In this document: in pieces, positions 1-12,700 of the stretch
Layout: each line of letters opens with the position of its first letter
Position numbering within the stretch: the stretch's first letter is position 1
Assembly: GCF_963921235.1 (NCBI RefSeq)
Contig: NC_086097.1
Span: 130,512,001 to 130,576,000 of the forward strand
Direction of reading: 5' to 3'
DNA from: Mobula hypostoma
Lineage: Eukaryota
Length of the DNA stretch: 64,000 bases
Program-made: the position numbers and the translations under genes
The notes under the pieces: generated by a model
Seen by the model: only the letters and a program-made list of their open reading frames with translations
Database searches by the model: none
What the model was told of the DNA's origin: nothing

Positions 1-1085
1 AAATGCATTTGGCACTTCTTCCGATTTCCCTCCTCTGCTGAAGGGGCACATTATCAAGTGTCCTCCTCGTGGGGACAGCACACAGGAAGTGTAGAAATGA
101 AGTCCTCCACTCACTGTACCATCTGCCCTCTGGGTAGCACAACTGTCATTATTAGTGAGGTCTCTCTTGATACAGCAGCCGAGGTATAGCATCTGCCTAA
201 CTCCTGTAAAGGACTTGTGATGACTTAATCACAGCCCTACTAAGAACACAGAGACACCAACAAGACCTTGAAGCTTTGGTACTTGGATCATGCACAGCCC
301 ACATGTTGCTTGACAGTAGATACTCAGCAACCTAAGCAGTGGTGCCTATAAAGGCTGCTAAGCAACCAGATCACTGCAGAGACAGACACACAAAAAAGTC
401 ATGCAGACTCTCCTGTGCAAGAGCAAGTGTGTCTAGATCATATGCTCAAAAAATCTCTGCATTTAACTACTAAACCTTGAGCAAATAGTACAGTCTCCTA
501 CTGGCACTTTTGATGCTCCACTCTGGCTCTCTAGCTACTGTGTTACACTGGGCATGCATTAATTGAGTGGTAGGTGGGGAACCTGTTCTATCAGAACAGG
601 CAGCTGGAGTTCAGTGCAACCAGAGCTCGTTAGAGTTGAACTGGCTAATTGCCAGTGCTAATCTTACTACTTTGAGGCAGCTTGCCAATTGTAAACGCGG
701 GAAATCCGGCAAGATGGTCATGTCTTAAAAGCAGCCTGAAACTCCTTAAAGGAGAAGGGCAACTTGCAATTCAGGTTTATACAAAATGAATGTGACGTTT
801 CTTGGGGGCCCATAAATATCCAAAGGAGCTTGTAAGGTATATTCAGAGTGATAGGAAACAGGAAAGAGAGCTTCTTCATCTCTGATCAACAATGGTTTGC
901 TTTTCAGATCTTGGGAACAAGTGAGAATAATGGATCTCAATATTTGCACAGCTGTGCACCACCCTATTTTAACCTCAGCACTGCTAAACTTTCTCTTCCT
1001 TTATCTCTCCCCACACATAACAAGACACTTCACTATGCCTCCATCTGAATATCACCCTTCCTCACCCAATTCCACCTATCGCTTG

Positions 1086-1975
1086 TGTGACAAGAATACA
1101 CATAGATTAAGATGTTAGCTGTCCTGTGCTGGCACCAGTGGGATCAGCAGTTGGTCTGCCACCTGTCTTCAGGAGAGAGAGAGATAAGGAAAACAATGGA
1201 GCAGCATTTGGAGATGTTAATGAAGGGACGGGAGACAGTAACGGAAGGAGAGCTGTCAAGATCGGCACCCCCTTTGAACCCTGAACTGTTTGAAGTGATG
1301 GACAGGCGATACCCCAGCGGGGGGATAAAAAGGGACAGGTTTGCTAAGGCAAGACACACACGACACCCCGAGGTAACGAGACCCTGGAAGCGGTGCGTCT
1401 CCCACAAGTCGGTGGGAAGTTTTGGACGGCTGGTCACGGGACAAGCCATAGACGCACAGGGTAGAAAGGCACAATCGGCGAGAACCTGGTGTGTGTCCAC
1501 CCTTGCCTGGGTGCCAGGTTCACCGCAGAGAAACCATCGTATCTGGAAACGGAGGGGTCACAGTCGGTGACCTCAGATGACATCACAAAGGACTCGCCCG
1601 AAAGCTGACTGCGAAGGTCTGTGTGGAAGCCGTTTGAATATTCATTCGTTTTGCTCTCTCTCTCCTTCCCCCCACTGTCCTTCTCCCACGGCAGCGATTA
1701 CTGCGAACTGAACTGAACTAAATTGAACTGAACTTTGCATCACTTTGAAACTGGTCATTTACCCCTAGACAACGAAAGAGCTTGATTGATCCTGTTATCT
1801 TAATTCTGTGTACATGTGTGTTTATCATTGCTGAACTGTTGCATTTATTATCCTTTTGATTAGAGTACTGTGTTGCTTGTTTCTTTAATAAAACTTTCTT
1901 AGTTCTAGTAATCCAGACTCCAACTGAGTGATCCATTTCTGCTGGTTTGGCAACCCAGTTACGTGGTACGTAACA
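1086..1975 (+). repeat. 5' LTR
   Basis: TGTGACAAG...CGTAACA. Direct repeat of 5269-6160 with about 23 substitutions and one 2-bp indel by manual comparison (~97%). AATAAA near 1887 and a short (GAACT)n run. Confidence 0.95.
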
Positions 1976-1979
1976 TAAG

Positions 1980-2005
1980 TGGGGTTCTCGTCTGTGATTT
2001 TGAAC
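1980..2005 (+). promoter_or_regulatory. Primer-binding site, degenerate tRNA-Pro type
   Basis: TGGGGTTCTCGTCTGTGATTTTGAAC starts 4 nt after the 5' LTR and resembles the complement of the tRNA-Pro 3' end (TGGGGGCTCGTCCGGGATTTGAAC). Confidence 0.7.
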
Positions 2006-2074
2006 GCTAAATTTGGGACGGAGTAAATTGATTGGGTTAAAATTCCCGAAAGAAAGAAAAGACAAACAGCAGAA

Positions 2075-4597
2075 ATGGAGGCTGAGGAATTTATAAAGGC
2101 GCCGACCTTGGAGGCATTAGAGGATGCCAGGAAAACGGAATTGGTAGCTGTGGCCAAACGGTTGAATCTTGCTAAGGGGAAGTCGACAATGAGGAGAGAG
2201 GAGATACACAGAGCTATCGTAGAGCACTATGTATCTAAAGGTGTGTTTCCCCAAGGGGAGCTGGAGGTGGTGTCTATTGAAAAACCTGCTGGAGACGCGG
2301 TACAGGTACAGCTTGAAAAACTGAAACTCGAGCACGAGTTCCGGGTACGGCAGTTAGAACACGAAGAGAAGCAGTTAGAAAGGTAGGAGAAAGAGAGAGA
2401 GTTAGAAAGGCAGGAGAAAGAGAGAGAGTTAGAAAGGCGGGAGAAAGAGAAAGAGTTAGAAAGGCGGGAGAAAGAGAGAGAGTTAGAAAGGCGGGAGAAA
2501 GAGAAAGAGTTAGAAAGGCAGGAGAGAGAGAGAAAGAGAGAGAGACAGTTGGATCGAGAGGAGAAACAGAGGGAAAGGGAATTCGAGCTGGAGAAGTTAA
2601 ATATAAGGGCAGAGCAGGGGCCCGTGCCAAACCAAGGTGGAGGGTTCCGGGCGACCCAGGAGGTTAGGCTGGTTCCCCCATTTGACGATACCGACGTGGA
2701 TCGGTACTTTCTCCATTTTGAAAAAGTTGCTACAAGTCAGGACTGGCCGAGGGATAAGTGGGCTGTTTTGCTTCAGAGTGTACTGAAAGGGAAAGCCCAA
2801 CAAGCTTACTCAGCTTTGTCTGCAGAAGATGCCCAGAGATATGGGGTGGTGAAAGAGGCCATCCTCAGGATTTATGAGTTGGTCCCGGAGGCATACCGGC
2901 AGAGGTTCCAGAATGCGAGGAAGCAGTGGGACCGCACGTATTTAGAGTTTGCCCGTGAGATGCAGACATATTGTGAGCGTTGGTGCGCCTCGAAGGGGGT
3001 AGAGGGAGATTATGACAGACTGCTACAGCTGATCCTGATTGAGCAGTTTAAAGGTTGTGTCCCTGAGGGTATGAGACCCTACCTAGATGAGAAAGAGGCA
3101 GCCATGTTAGCCGCAACTGCTAAGTTAGCGGATGAGTATGCGTTGACGCATAAAATGAAGTTTGCCCCGAGTAAAGGCTACCAGAAGGGTAGTCAGGACG
3201 GCGGGGAGAGTCCGCCAGAGAAGTCAGAAAGTAAGCCAGGGACTAGTGAGAAGGATAAGGTAGACCGGAAGCAGTCTGGTAGGAAGTCTCCTGGGGTCGT
3301 CTGTTATAATTGCGGGAAAGTCGGACACTTTGCGTCCAGGTGCTTTGCCCCAAAGAAGGAGACGGGAAAAGGAAAAATGGCGATTTTGACTGGCTGTATC
3401 GAGCTGGTAAATGAACCGCTAGGAAAGGACAGGTCTGCCAAAGTTCAGGAAGGGCGCGAGAGGTTTATCTCGGCCGGATTGGCGTCAGTGAAGGAGGGGT
3501 TAAAACCAATTCCAGTGCGGATCTGGAGAGACACGGGAGTGTGTCAGTCACTGATACTGAAGAGTGTATTAGAGTTTAGCTCAGAGACCCAGACTGGGGA
3601 GGTCAAGGTCAAAGGTATTGGGGAAGGGACAGAGGCAGTCCCTTTGCACCAGATACACTTACAAAGCAACCTGGTCTCTGGACTAGTCACGATCGGGGTG
3701 AGGCCCGAATTACCGATGAAAGGCGTGGAAGTCTTGCTCGGTAATGACCTCGCCGGGGGAATCGCGTTCCCAGCCGTGAGATTGACAGGTCAGCCTGCCA
3801 GCATTGAGGCCCCGCCTATGGACTCACAGGTTCATCACGGGACTGCGGTAGTAAATTTAGCTGAGACGTTTCTGCCAGCCTTGTACGAGAAGGGGGTAGA
3901 AAGTGAAAAGAAGGAGTGTAGTGAGACAAGAGGTAGTGAGGGAGCTGAGACAGACTTAGCATTAGCCAGGAAAGAATTTGTGCAGGCGCAGGAGCGAGAC
4001 GAGGGGCTGATGGTTTTGGCGGAGACAGCTCCCTCTGATGCAGAATTAACAAGGGAACCAGTAGGCTATTGTGTGGAGGAGGAAGTGCTAAGGAAGAAAG
4101 GGAAACCAAGTACCGTACCCACAGATGAGGAATGGGGGGTGGTGCAAAAAAGTTATGGGGATGAGATTTTTAACCTGACCCACAAGGTACCCCTCGGTGG
4201 ACATGTTGAGGTGCTGGAGGAAACAGTTGGTGGAATCATGAAAGAGGTTTACCGGCCGCACCGGAGGATGGATGTTATTGATTATGGCCGACGCGAACTG
4301 AGACGGTCACAGGCTTTTGATATGATAACAAACCTAGTCGGTGTTAGCGTGGAAATCAATGAAGCTAGGGTCCCCCTGATAAGAGAAAAAAAACATTTTG
4401 AAAAGATGAGTATGGTATCGACCAGATGGGAGAAGGCTATTGTTTTGGCCAGCTCTGCTGATAAGGTCTCTCCCTTAATCCCCAAACAAAGCAACTCTTT
4501 AGGAGAAGTAATTAAACAACTCGCACACGTGTGTTTGATTGTCCCGAGGCGATGCAAAGAACTGGGACGCTGGGTGGTGTTTGTTACACTAGGCTAA
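2075..4597 (+). pseudogene. Gag-protease(-INT remnant) ORF of about 840 codons with a single in-frame TAG at 2384-2386
   Basis: ORFs 2075-2386 and 2549-4597 are in the same frame with no other stop between them. Motifs: LVPPFD..DVDRYFLHFEKVA, ELVPEAYRQRF..LILIEQF (SCAN-like), CYNCGKVGHFASRC, IWRDTG, VLLGNDLAG, LTHKVPLGGH. Confidence 0.85.
2372..2528 (+). repeat. 27-bp coding tandem repeat (~6 copies) encoding ELER(Q/R)EKE(R/K)
   Basis: Unit GAGTTAGAAAGGC(A/G)GGAGAAAGAGA(G/A)A, in frame within gag. Confidence 0.9.
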
Positions 4598-4659
4598 CCT
4601 AGCGAGCAACATCGCTATAGAATGAGTAATTCAGTGACGAAAGGGCTGACGAACACAGA

Positions 4660-5146
4660 GGTGTGTATTGGCGATGTAATACGGCTGTCTGAAGCCAGCT
4701 TGATAGTGAACCTTGAAAAAAATTAGTTCGGCCACACGAAGGTCACTTACCTGGGAATTGTGGTGACACAGGGGCAGCTGGCAGCGATGCAAGCTACAGT
4801 GCTCAGAGACCCAGACCCTACATATCTCTGACATCCCAACCCCAACAGACAAGAGGGCCCTCAGAAGGCTCTTGGAGATGGTGGGGTACTGTAGGAAGTT
4901 TTGCAATAACTCTGCGGTTACAACCCCTCCCCCTCCTACTAAGCCCTTGCGAGAGAAAACTAAGTCGGAATGGGACGACCCTTGTTATTGTGGTCCGGGG
5001 CGAAACCCAATGAGAGGTTACATTGATCGCAATTCATCAGTGTTTTTGGCCACTATGAAGTTTGCTAAGTTGGAGCCTGGTCTAAGGGATTATTAATAAC
5101 ACATATAAAAGGAACAGAAAATGTGATGGCTGACTGTCTGTCAGGT
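4660..5146 (+). pseudogene. RT C-terminal/connection and RNase H end remnants
   Basis: Fragments LSEASLIVNLEK*FGHTKVTYLGIVVTQGQ, PTPTDKRALRRLLEMVGYCRKFC and HIKGTENVMADCLS, with stops, frameshifts and large deletions. Confidence 0.75.
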
Positions 5147-5256
5147 GTTGACAACTTCAAATTCACTGTATTAGCCAAATAGCTGACAAAGATATATATT
5201 TCTGTGTGTCAAATAATGTATTCATGTTTGTAATTTTTACCCCGGTAAAAATCCTT

Positions 5257-5268
5257 AAAGGTGGGAAG
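5257..5268 (+). promoter_or_regulatory. Polypurine tract
   Basis: AAAGGTGGGAAG directly abuts the 3' LTR. Confidence 0.8.
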
Positions 5269-6160
5269 TGTGACAAGAATACACATAGATTAAGATGTTA
5301 GCTGTCCTGTGCTGGCACCAGTGGGATCAGCAGTTGGTCTGCCACCTGTCTTCAGGAGAGAGAGAGATAAGGAAAACAATGGAGCAGGATTTGGAGATGT
5401 TAATGAAGGGATGGGAGAGAGTAACGGAAGGAGAGCTGTCAAGATCGGCTCCCCCTTTGAACCCTGAACTGTTTGAAGTGATGGACAGGTGATACCCCAG
5501 CAGGGGGATAAAAAGGGACAGGTTTGCTAAGGCAAGACACGCACGACACCCCGAGGTAACGAGACCCTGGAAGCGGTGCATCTCCCACAAGTCGGTGGGA
5601 AGTTTTGGACGGCTGGTCACGGGACAAGCCATAGACGCACAGGGTAGAAAGGCACAATCAGCGGGAACCTGGTGTGTGTCCACCCTTGCCTGGGTGCCAG
5701 GTTCACCGCAGTGAAACCATCGTATCTGGAAACGGAGGGGTCACGGTTGGTGACCTCAGATGACATCACAAAGGACTCGCCCGAAAGCTGACTGCGAAGG
5801 CCTGTGTGGAAGCCATTTGAATATTCATTCGTTTTGCTTTCTCTCTCCTTCCCCCCACACTGTCCATCTCCCATGGCAGCGATTACTGCGAACTGAACTG
5901 AACTAAATTGAACTGAACTTTGCGTCACTTTGAAACTGGTCATTTACCCCTAGACAACGATAGAGCTTGATTGATCCTGTTATCTTAATTCTGTGTACAT
6001 GTGTGTTTATCATTGCTGAACTGTTGCATTTATTATCCTTTTGATTGGAGTACTGTGTTGCTTGTTTCTTTAATAAAACTTTCTTAGTTCTAGTAATCCA
6101 GACTCCAACTGAGTGATCCATTTCTGCTGGTTTGGCAATCCAGTTACGGGGTACGTAACA
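5269..6160 (+). repeat. 3' LTR
   Basis: Direct repeat of 1086-1975, preceded by a purine tract and followed by the TSD CTTG. Confidence 0.95.
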
Positions 6161-7249
6161 CTTGCCAACTCTTGTTCCACCACTTCCCTTCACCTTCCTA
6201 TACCTTGTAATCTCCCTGCATTCTGCCATTGCTGTTCCATTGTACTATCTCAATGCACTGCTGTGAAATGATCTGCATGGATGGCATGCAAAAGAAAGAT
6301 TTTTTTTATTGTACCTGGGTACGCGTGACAACAACAAACCAATGACCACTAAACAATTATGATATTTTAGTTTTGATCTGGACTCAAAATTTCAACTGTC
6401 CATTTCCCTCCATAGATGCTGCTTGACCCCCTGAGTTCCTCTGGTAAATTGTTTGTTGCTTCAGATTCCATCTGACCTTTTGAGTCTTGCTCCGCCATTC
6501 ATCAAGATCACACATGATCTTCTACTTCAGTTCCACTTTCCAGCAAAATCACCTTCCTTGATTCCCTCAATAACCAGAGATCTATTGATCACCATTTTGA
6601 ATGTTTATAATCACAAAACCTTCATGGCTGATTGGGTTAGGGAATAACGACACCTTATTCACCAAATGAACCCCTGACCCTAAGCAATGGCAAGCTTCTC
6701 AGAATCAGAATCAGGTTTATTATCACCGGCATGTGGCATGAAATTTGTTAAAGGCTACATAGCCTTTGAGAATTTTTAAGTTTTAGTAAGGTCACCTCTC
6801 TTCCAAACTCAAGAGAATACAGGCCTAGTCTACACAATGTCCCCTCACACAGCAAACTCAACATCTTCAGAAGCAGTTGAGTAAATCTTTGTGGCACACT
6901 CTCTCTGCTAAATAGATTGTCTTAGGTAAGGAGACCAGATATATACAACTGCCCTAGGTGGGGTCTCACCAACGTCCAACAGCGAATACATTTCCGTACT
7001 GTATTCAGTCCTCTCATGATAACACACCATTTGACTTCTCAATCTCTTGCATGATGGCTTTCAGTGATTTGTGGAAACAAACACCCCTGTCTCTTTGAAT
7101 CTCAACACTACCTAATCTCTCACTATTTAAACAATACGTTTTTCTTTCTGTTATGTGCTCTTCATTCCCCCTCCCCTTACACATCCCCCTAACATCTGTT
7201 CTCCTTCTAAATTAATCTAATTAATAAATTATTTATTTATATATTGAGA

Positions 7250-7483
7250 AAGCTCGCAGAATAGGCCCTTCCGGTGCTTCGAGCTACGCTGCCCAGCGAC
7301 TCCCATTTTAACCCCAGCCTAATCATGGGACAACTTACAAAGACCAGTTAATCTAGGAACTGGTATGCCTTTGACTGTGGAGGAAACTTACGCGGTCACG
7401 GGGAGAACCTCCTTACTGGCAGTGGCAGGAACGGAGCCTGGTTCACTGATACTGTAAATTGCTGTGCTAACCACTGTGCTGCC
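7250..7483 (-). mobile_element. tRNA-derived SINE (V-SINE/HE1-like)
   Basis: Reverse strand begins GGCAGCACAGTGGTTAGCACAGC (A-box-like), followed by a B-box-like segment, a TTTCCTCCCACA core and a CR1-like tail. Related decayed copies near 28723-28900, 33146-33310, 34150-34470, 48500-48690 and 54790-55090. Confidence 0.65.
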
Positions 7484-9225
7484 CTTCCACCCTCCTTATG
7501 TAGGACAACAACCTATAATGGGCAACCCCTTGTCCTCTCACCGTACTATAAGAATCACTCTCCACAAGTACGACCAAAAATGAATTTCTAGCTTCTAAAC
7601 CCTGTATTTAGTGGTTCTATCTAAACAATGGTACACTGTTCACTACTTCTTGCTCTACCATAGATTCATCTGATTGTGTTGTTTCTGCACTAATATCTTG
7701 CTTTGCAGTCTTTTTCTTTACGAGCTTGTATGATTTATGTTTCTGTATGTCGGCAGAATGTACGTGCCAGTGATGATGCTGCAAGAAAGCTTTTCTTTGT
7801 ATCTGTGCCTCATTGTACTTGTGCATATAATAGACTTAACTTGTGCAGAACAACAAGTCCAGCAGCAGTTGAAATGGAGGGGGCACGTACTGTATTCTTA
7901 ACATTATTGGATGAAAGCATGCAAGGCCCAGCAACCATCTCATCTAATCAATCGCTGGGGCTTGGGTTGACAATAGGCCATGTGCCCCTCCTTTCTGCAC
8001 TCTAGCTTTGCACATGGCTCGGTTGTAATTTGGGTAGCAGCCTATTAACCAGGCAGTGGAGCAGAACCTCCTTTTGCCATCAATAGAGGAACTGAGATCA
8101 GCAACACAACCTCTCAGGCTTTAAACAGATAATTTATTAACATTTTCAGTAAAGTAAAATACACCCACACCAGCTTCAGTAACCCTACAAAGGAGAATTG
8201 ACGTCCTGGCAATTTAGCATCACAGTGTTCAGCAAAAACATATTCCATAGGGTTGAAAATACAGAATATCAACAGAATGTCACCCTACATAGGAAAGCTG
8301 GAAAGAGTGCAGAAGTGAGTTACAACAATGTTGCCAGACACCCAAAGGACTGAGTTACATAGACAAGTTGGAGAGATTTGGACTTCATTCCTTGGAATAA
8401 AGGAGACTGAGGTGTGATCTTAGAGATCTATAAAATTATGAGGGGTATAGATAGGTTAAATGCGCAGAATCTTGTTTTCATGGTGGGGTACTCATGAACC
8501 AGTGGTCATTGGTTTAATGTGAGAGGGGAAAGAATTAACAGAAACTGAGGGGACAACTTCATCCCGAGAATGGTATGGATATGGTAGGGGAGTGAGCAAA
8601 GCCAGGGATTATCATTGATGGGAGAAGTTAAGGGTCAGACTGAGAGACAGGAATGGGTGTAAAAGGCAGATACCCACATCACATAAATGGAGGGGAAGGG
8701 AGTTCAGGAATCAACTCAACATTTGGTGAGATGGGGAAATGAGCAATGGTTGGCAGCAGATCACAATCTGGGGAGGGGTCAGGAGTCAGGACCAGCAGAG
8801 AGAGGTGGGAGCAGGCTCAAGGGAGTCCCATCAATAATAGGTTTGGCCTTGGTGCACAATACATTACTGTTCCTGTAGGATTGACATGTGTCATCTATAG
8901 ATCTTGCGTTGTGTATTCCAATAATTCTGATGGACTCTGCACATTGTCAGCAACCACTGTGCATGTCTGGACTCTTCCATGTGTTGGAATGGAGGGTTTG
9001 TACTTCACAGAACTTGTATCATAGTCATGGTTTTTCAGTAAAGCTGAACTGTGCACAAACACATAATGCTCTACAATCCTACTATAAGCCTCAATGAATT
9101 ATGGAAAATAAATGACATTGGTACGTTACTCAAAATGTACTTTGATCTAAATGAATTAGAAGTCAATTTGTAGGCTGTCCTTTGGGTTTGCTCATGACAT
9201 ATTTAGCAGTTGTAATTTTATAATG

Positions 9226-9790
9226 CACTCAATGGCTACTTTATTGTGTACACCTGTGTACCTACATGTTAATGCAACTATCTAATCAGCCAATCAGGTG
9301 ACAGCAACTCAATGCATAAAGGAATGCAGATATGGTCAAGAGGCTCAAATGTTGTTCAGACTAACCATCAGAATTAGAAGAAAAGTGATTAAGTGACTTT
9401 GACCGTAAATGTTTGTTGGCGCCAGACAAGGTGATTTGAGAATCTCAGAAACTGCTGATCTCCTGGGATTTTCACGCACAACAGTCTCTGTTATCACAGA
9501 GAACGGTGTGAAGAACAACAAAAAAGCAATCCAGTGTGCAGCAGTTCTGTGGGTGAAAACACCTTGTTAATGAGAGAGGTCAAAGAAGAGTGGCCAGACG
9601 GAATCAAGCTAACAGGAAGGCGACAGTAACTCAAATAACCACGTTACAACAGTGGTGTGCAGAAAAGCGTCTCTGAATGCATAACATGTCAAACTTTGAA
9701 GTGGATTGGTTACAGCAGCAGAAGACCACAAACATGTACTCAATGGCTACTTTATTAGGTAGGGGAGGTACCTAATAACGTGGTCACTGT
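9226..9790 (+). mobile_element. Non-autonomous Tc1/mariner derivative
   Basis: Left TIR CACTCAATGGCTACTTTATT and right TIR TACCTAATAACGTGGTCACTG. Internal remnant of a Tc1 transposase HTH (..VGARQGDLRISETADLLGFSRTTVS..). Confidence 0.75.
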
Positions 9791-12700
9791 ATACTTTACT
9801 TGCCTTTTGTTTATTGCTGTCATCTATTTTGTTGTGGCATCATCATATCAGTGTAAGCAAACTTGTAGTGCAAGCAGAACACTCTCTTTTCTCATTCAGA
9901 GTATGACTATATTTTATATTTAATCTATGTACAATTAAATGTAGATTTACAGTAAAGCTGATGGGTTTATCAACGCATATTTTATCATTGGATACAGATA
10001 AAAGTAGGCATAATTTTATTGTGAACATGCATTGAGTATGCAATCATGATAAGCTGTTATATAATTAGGAAATAAAGTGCACAGTGATATCTCCGTTGTA
10101 TATCCCACGACTATAAAAATAGCGCAACAAAAACTGCTACAATTCAAACTTCATCCTCAGATTTTAGAGTTTATTAAATTCACAGTGTACTAATCAAATT
10201 CTCAAGTGCATTCCAGTTCTATGATCAGCTTCATGACAAACACAGCTATCTCCAAAGGCTCTGTTTTGTTTCTTTCTGCTTTTCCCCAGATGGCTTCCAA
10301 ATGATCTATTCTATACTGCAACTGCATAATAAGGGGCGTTGATAGAGCTCTGTTCCTGCAAACTGTGTGCAATCCTTATCTTTCCATGTTGTCTATTTTC
10401 CCAGAAATTGCATGGAACCCTCCCCCACCCCAGCTGCTCACATGTCCTCCCACATCACAATGTGGTTGGCTAATTGCTCACTGTAATACTTGCACTTTGT
10501 GCATAGGTAAATGAAAGAATATGGGGAGAGTTGGTAAGGAATTTGAGGTGAATAGGTTGCAGAGACAATTAGTAGGGAATTGGATTGTTTTGTGATCTGG
10601 CTTAAAAAGGTCAAAATGGCCCCTTCTATGTGGTAAGGGTACATGGCATATGGTTCAGGGGCCCAGAAGATGTCAGTCTTGCAAATAACACTTAGGCCCC
10701 AAGAATTAATTTTACTTAAAAAAAAATCTGAGTGTCTGTCTGCCCATATTTTATGAGGTTTGGCTTTAGATCATCACTTTGGCACATACCAGAGAATAGT
10801 ATAAATGATTATTAAAAATAAATCTGAATCTGATTCCATTTACTCAGCACCCTGAAATAACAAAAATTCTTGACTTGTGCGTACTCAAATACAGGGAATA
10901 AAGGACAATGTCAGTGTTCAGTTTCTGAGCCTGGTTCAGAGGACAGCTTGAACATTGTAAATCGGTTTCAAAATAGCACCAAAAGATCTGATGAAAATAT
11001 TGAGAATAACGTCACTCTTTTCACCTATTTAATAGTCCCATTTATTACGAACCGATGCAAAGCAACATATTGGAATTGCACACAAAATTTAGAAGGTATT
11101 CAAATACTGGCACTAGTTTCAAATAAAACCACTGTCAAGTTTTGGTTTTAAATCAAATTTCTTCATTATTCATTTGATTTGGCCATAAGAACAAATATGA
11201 AGAAGTTTGTTTGTAAATTAAATGAAGAATTAAAGGTATTTTCCATTGCTTTGTTGGCAGCTTTGAAAGTGAGTGGAAAATATCTACACATTTCTGGCTG
11301 CGAAATGCAGAACTTTTTTTCAACTATACGATTGAATTAAGAGTATTACTCTACAAAACAAAATAGCACTGGTTCTTGTTCCATGATGCATATTTCATGG
11401 GTGAATTCATCTCAAACCCTATGATGTAGTCTGGTTAAAAAGAGCAGACTGTATGGATGGCAAAAGCTTTATTTTTTTAAAGAAAATGAGTAGTAAAGGA
11501 AGTTCTTGTGTATCAAGTATACTCAGGGGAACTCTCCCTACGTCAAACCCTGACCAAGTTCACAATCAGGTCTAAACAGCACCAAGTTAAATGAAAGAGT
11601 GGAGACTTCCCAGAAAGAAAATTTAACATTATCATTGGAAGACTGTCCTTTATAAAAACAGGAATGATAATATTTCTTTCAACTTCAATGTAAGATTTAA
11701 AGTCATTAGTAGAAAGATTAGAGGACAGAATTCTTCTCCACACAGAAGTTGGTGGGGGTCTAGAAACCCCTGCCATAAAGGTGGTAGAGTCAGGAATTCT
11801 GGATTAACCTGGATGTGTACTGGAAGGGTAAAGACCTGTAGGCTGCAGACCCCAAGGTGGGATTAAGCTGGCATTTTTTTTGACGGAATGGGTAAATGGT
11901 CTCGTGCGTCATAAATATTTCAGGATTCCATGACTCAATGTTGCTGGCAGACCTGTGCAGAGATGATCTATGGGACAATGGAGAAGTCAGAAACCAGTGC
12001 ACAACAAAAACAACAATTCACAAGAGCTAGCAAGCTATTTTCTGCTACCATTTTTGATATTTTCTGTCCAGGGAGATTAAGGCCAAGACTAGCCCACAAG
12101 CATATGGAGAGGATGCTTAGCTTCGCTGCGCATTTCCTGTACCAGAACAGTAGACACAGCTGCCTGGAATGGAAACAGCTATCCAAATTGTCAAGCCATT
12201 TCCCCTCCATAGCACCTTCCAACTCATGGTGAAACATGTGCAAATTTTTTTCAAAGTTAAAGGTCACACAGAAAACATGAGCCTACTGATTAATTGCAAA
12301 AGGTCTTGGCCCACAAGGCTAATGTTCCTTTCTTGTTTTTTGAATTGAGAGAGCAACAATCAGATTAGGGTCTGGGTGAATCCTAGAGTGAAAGGTAGCA
12401 GAGTTATAGTGTGGTATACTATGTGAGGTGTGTGCTAGGGATTCACACAGTCTCTGACATCGAAACGCCTTCTCCCTATGAGTTTCTCCTCGTCTTCTTG
12501 AACATTTGGTCCAGGATGTCATTGTAAGTAGAGGGCATGACACAGAAACACAACTGACACTTTTTAAGAGGTAGGAGAGGCTCCGTTTCCCTCACAACAT
12601 CAACCCAAGTCAACCACATTGTTAACTTATGTAACAGTGAGGAAGTTCCAGACCTTGCCCACTGGGAATTCTGCCAGTTGAGGCTTCACTAAATCAGGTG

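Larger units (their letters stand above)
1086..6160 (+). mobile_element. Gmr1-like Ty3/Gypsy LTR retrotransposon, internally deleted (non-autonomous)
   Basis: TG...CA LTRs of 890 and 892 bp; 4-bp TSD CTTG (1082-1085 and 6161-6164); PBS and PPT present; Gag with SCAN-like capsid and CCHC knuckle; RDTG protease; remnants in the order INT, RT, RH. Confidence 0.93.

Noticed and set aside
1112..1570. 152-aa ORF inside the LTR
   Set aside because: It is truncated to 65 aa in the other LTR and has no recognisable motif.
2075..4597. Domesticated gag-derived host gene
   Set aside because: It is still flanked by ~97% identical LTRs and a TSD and has a premature stop; an ordinary element copy.
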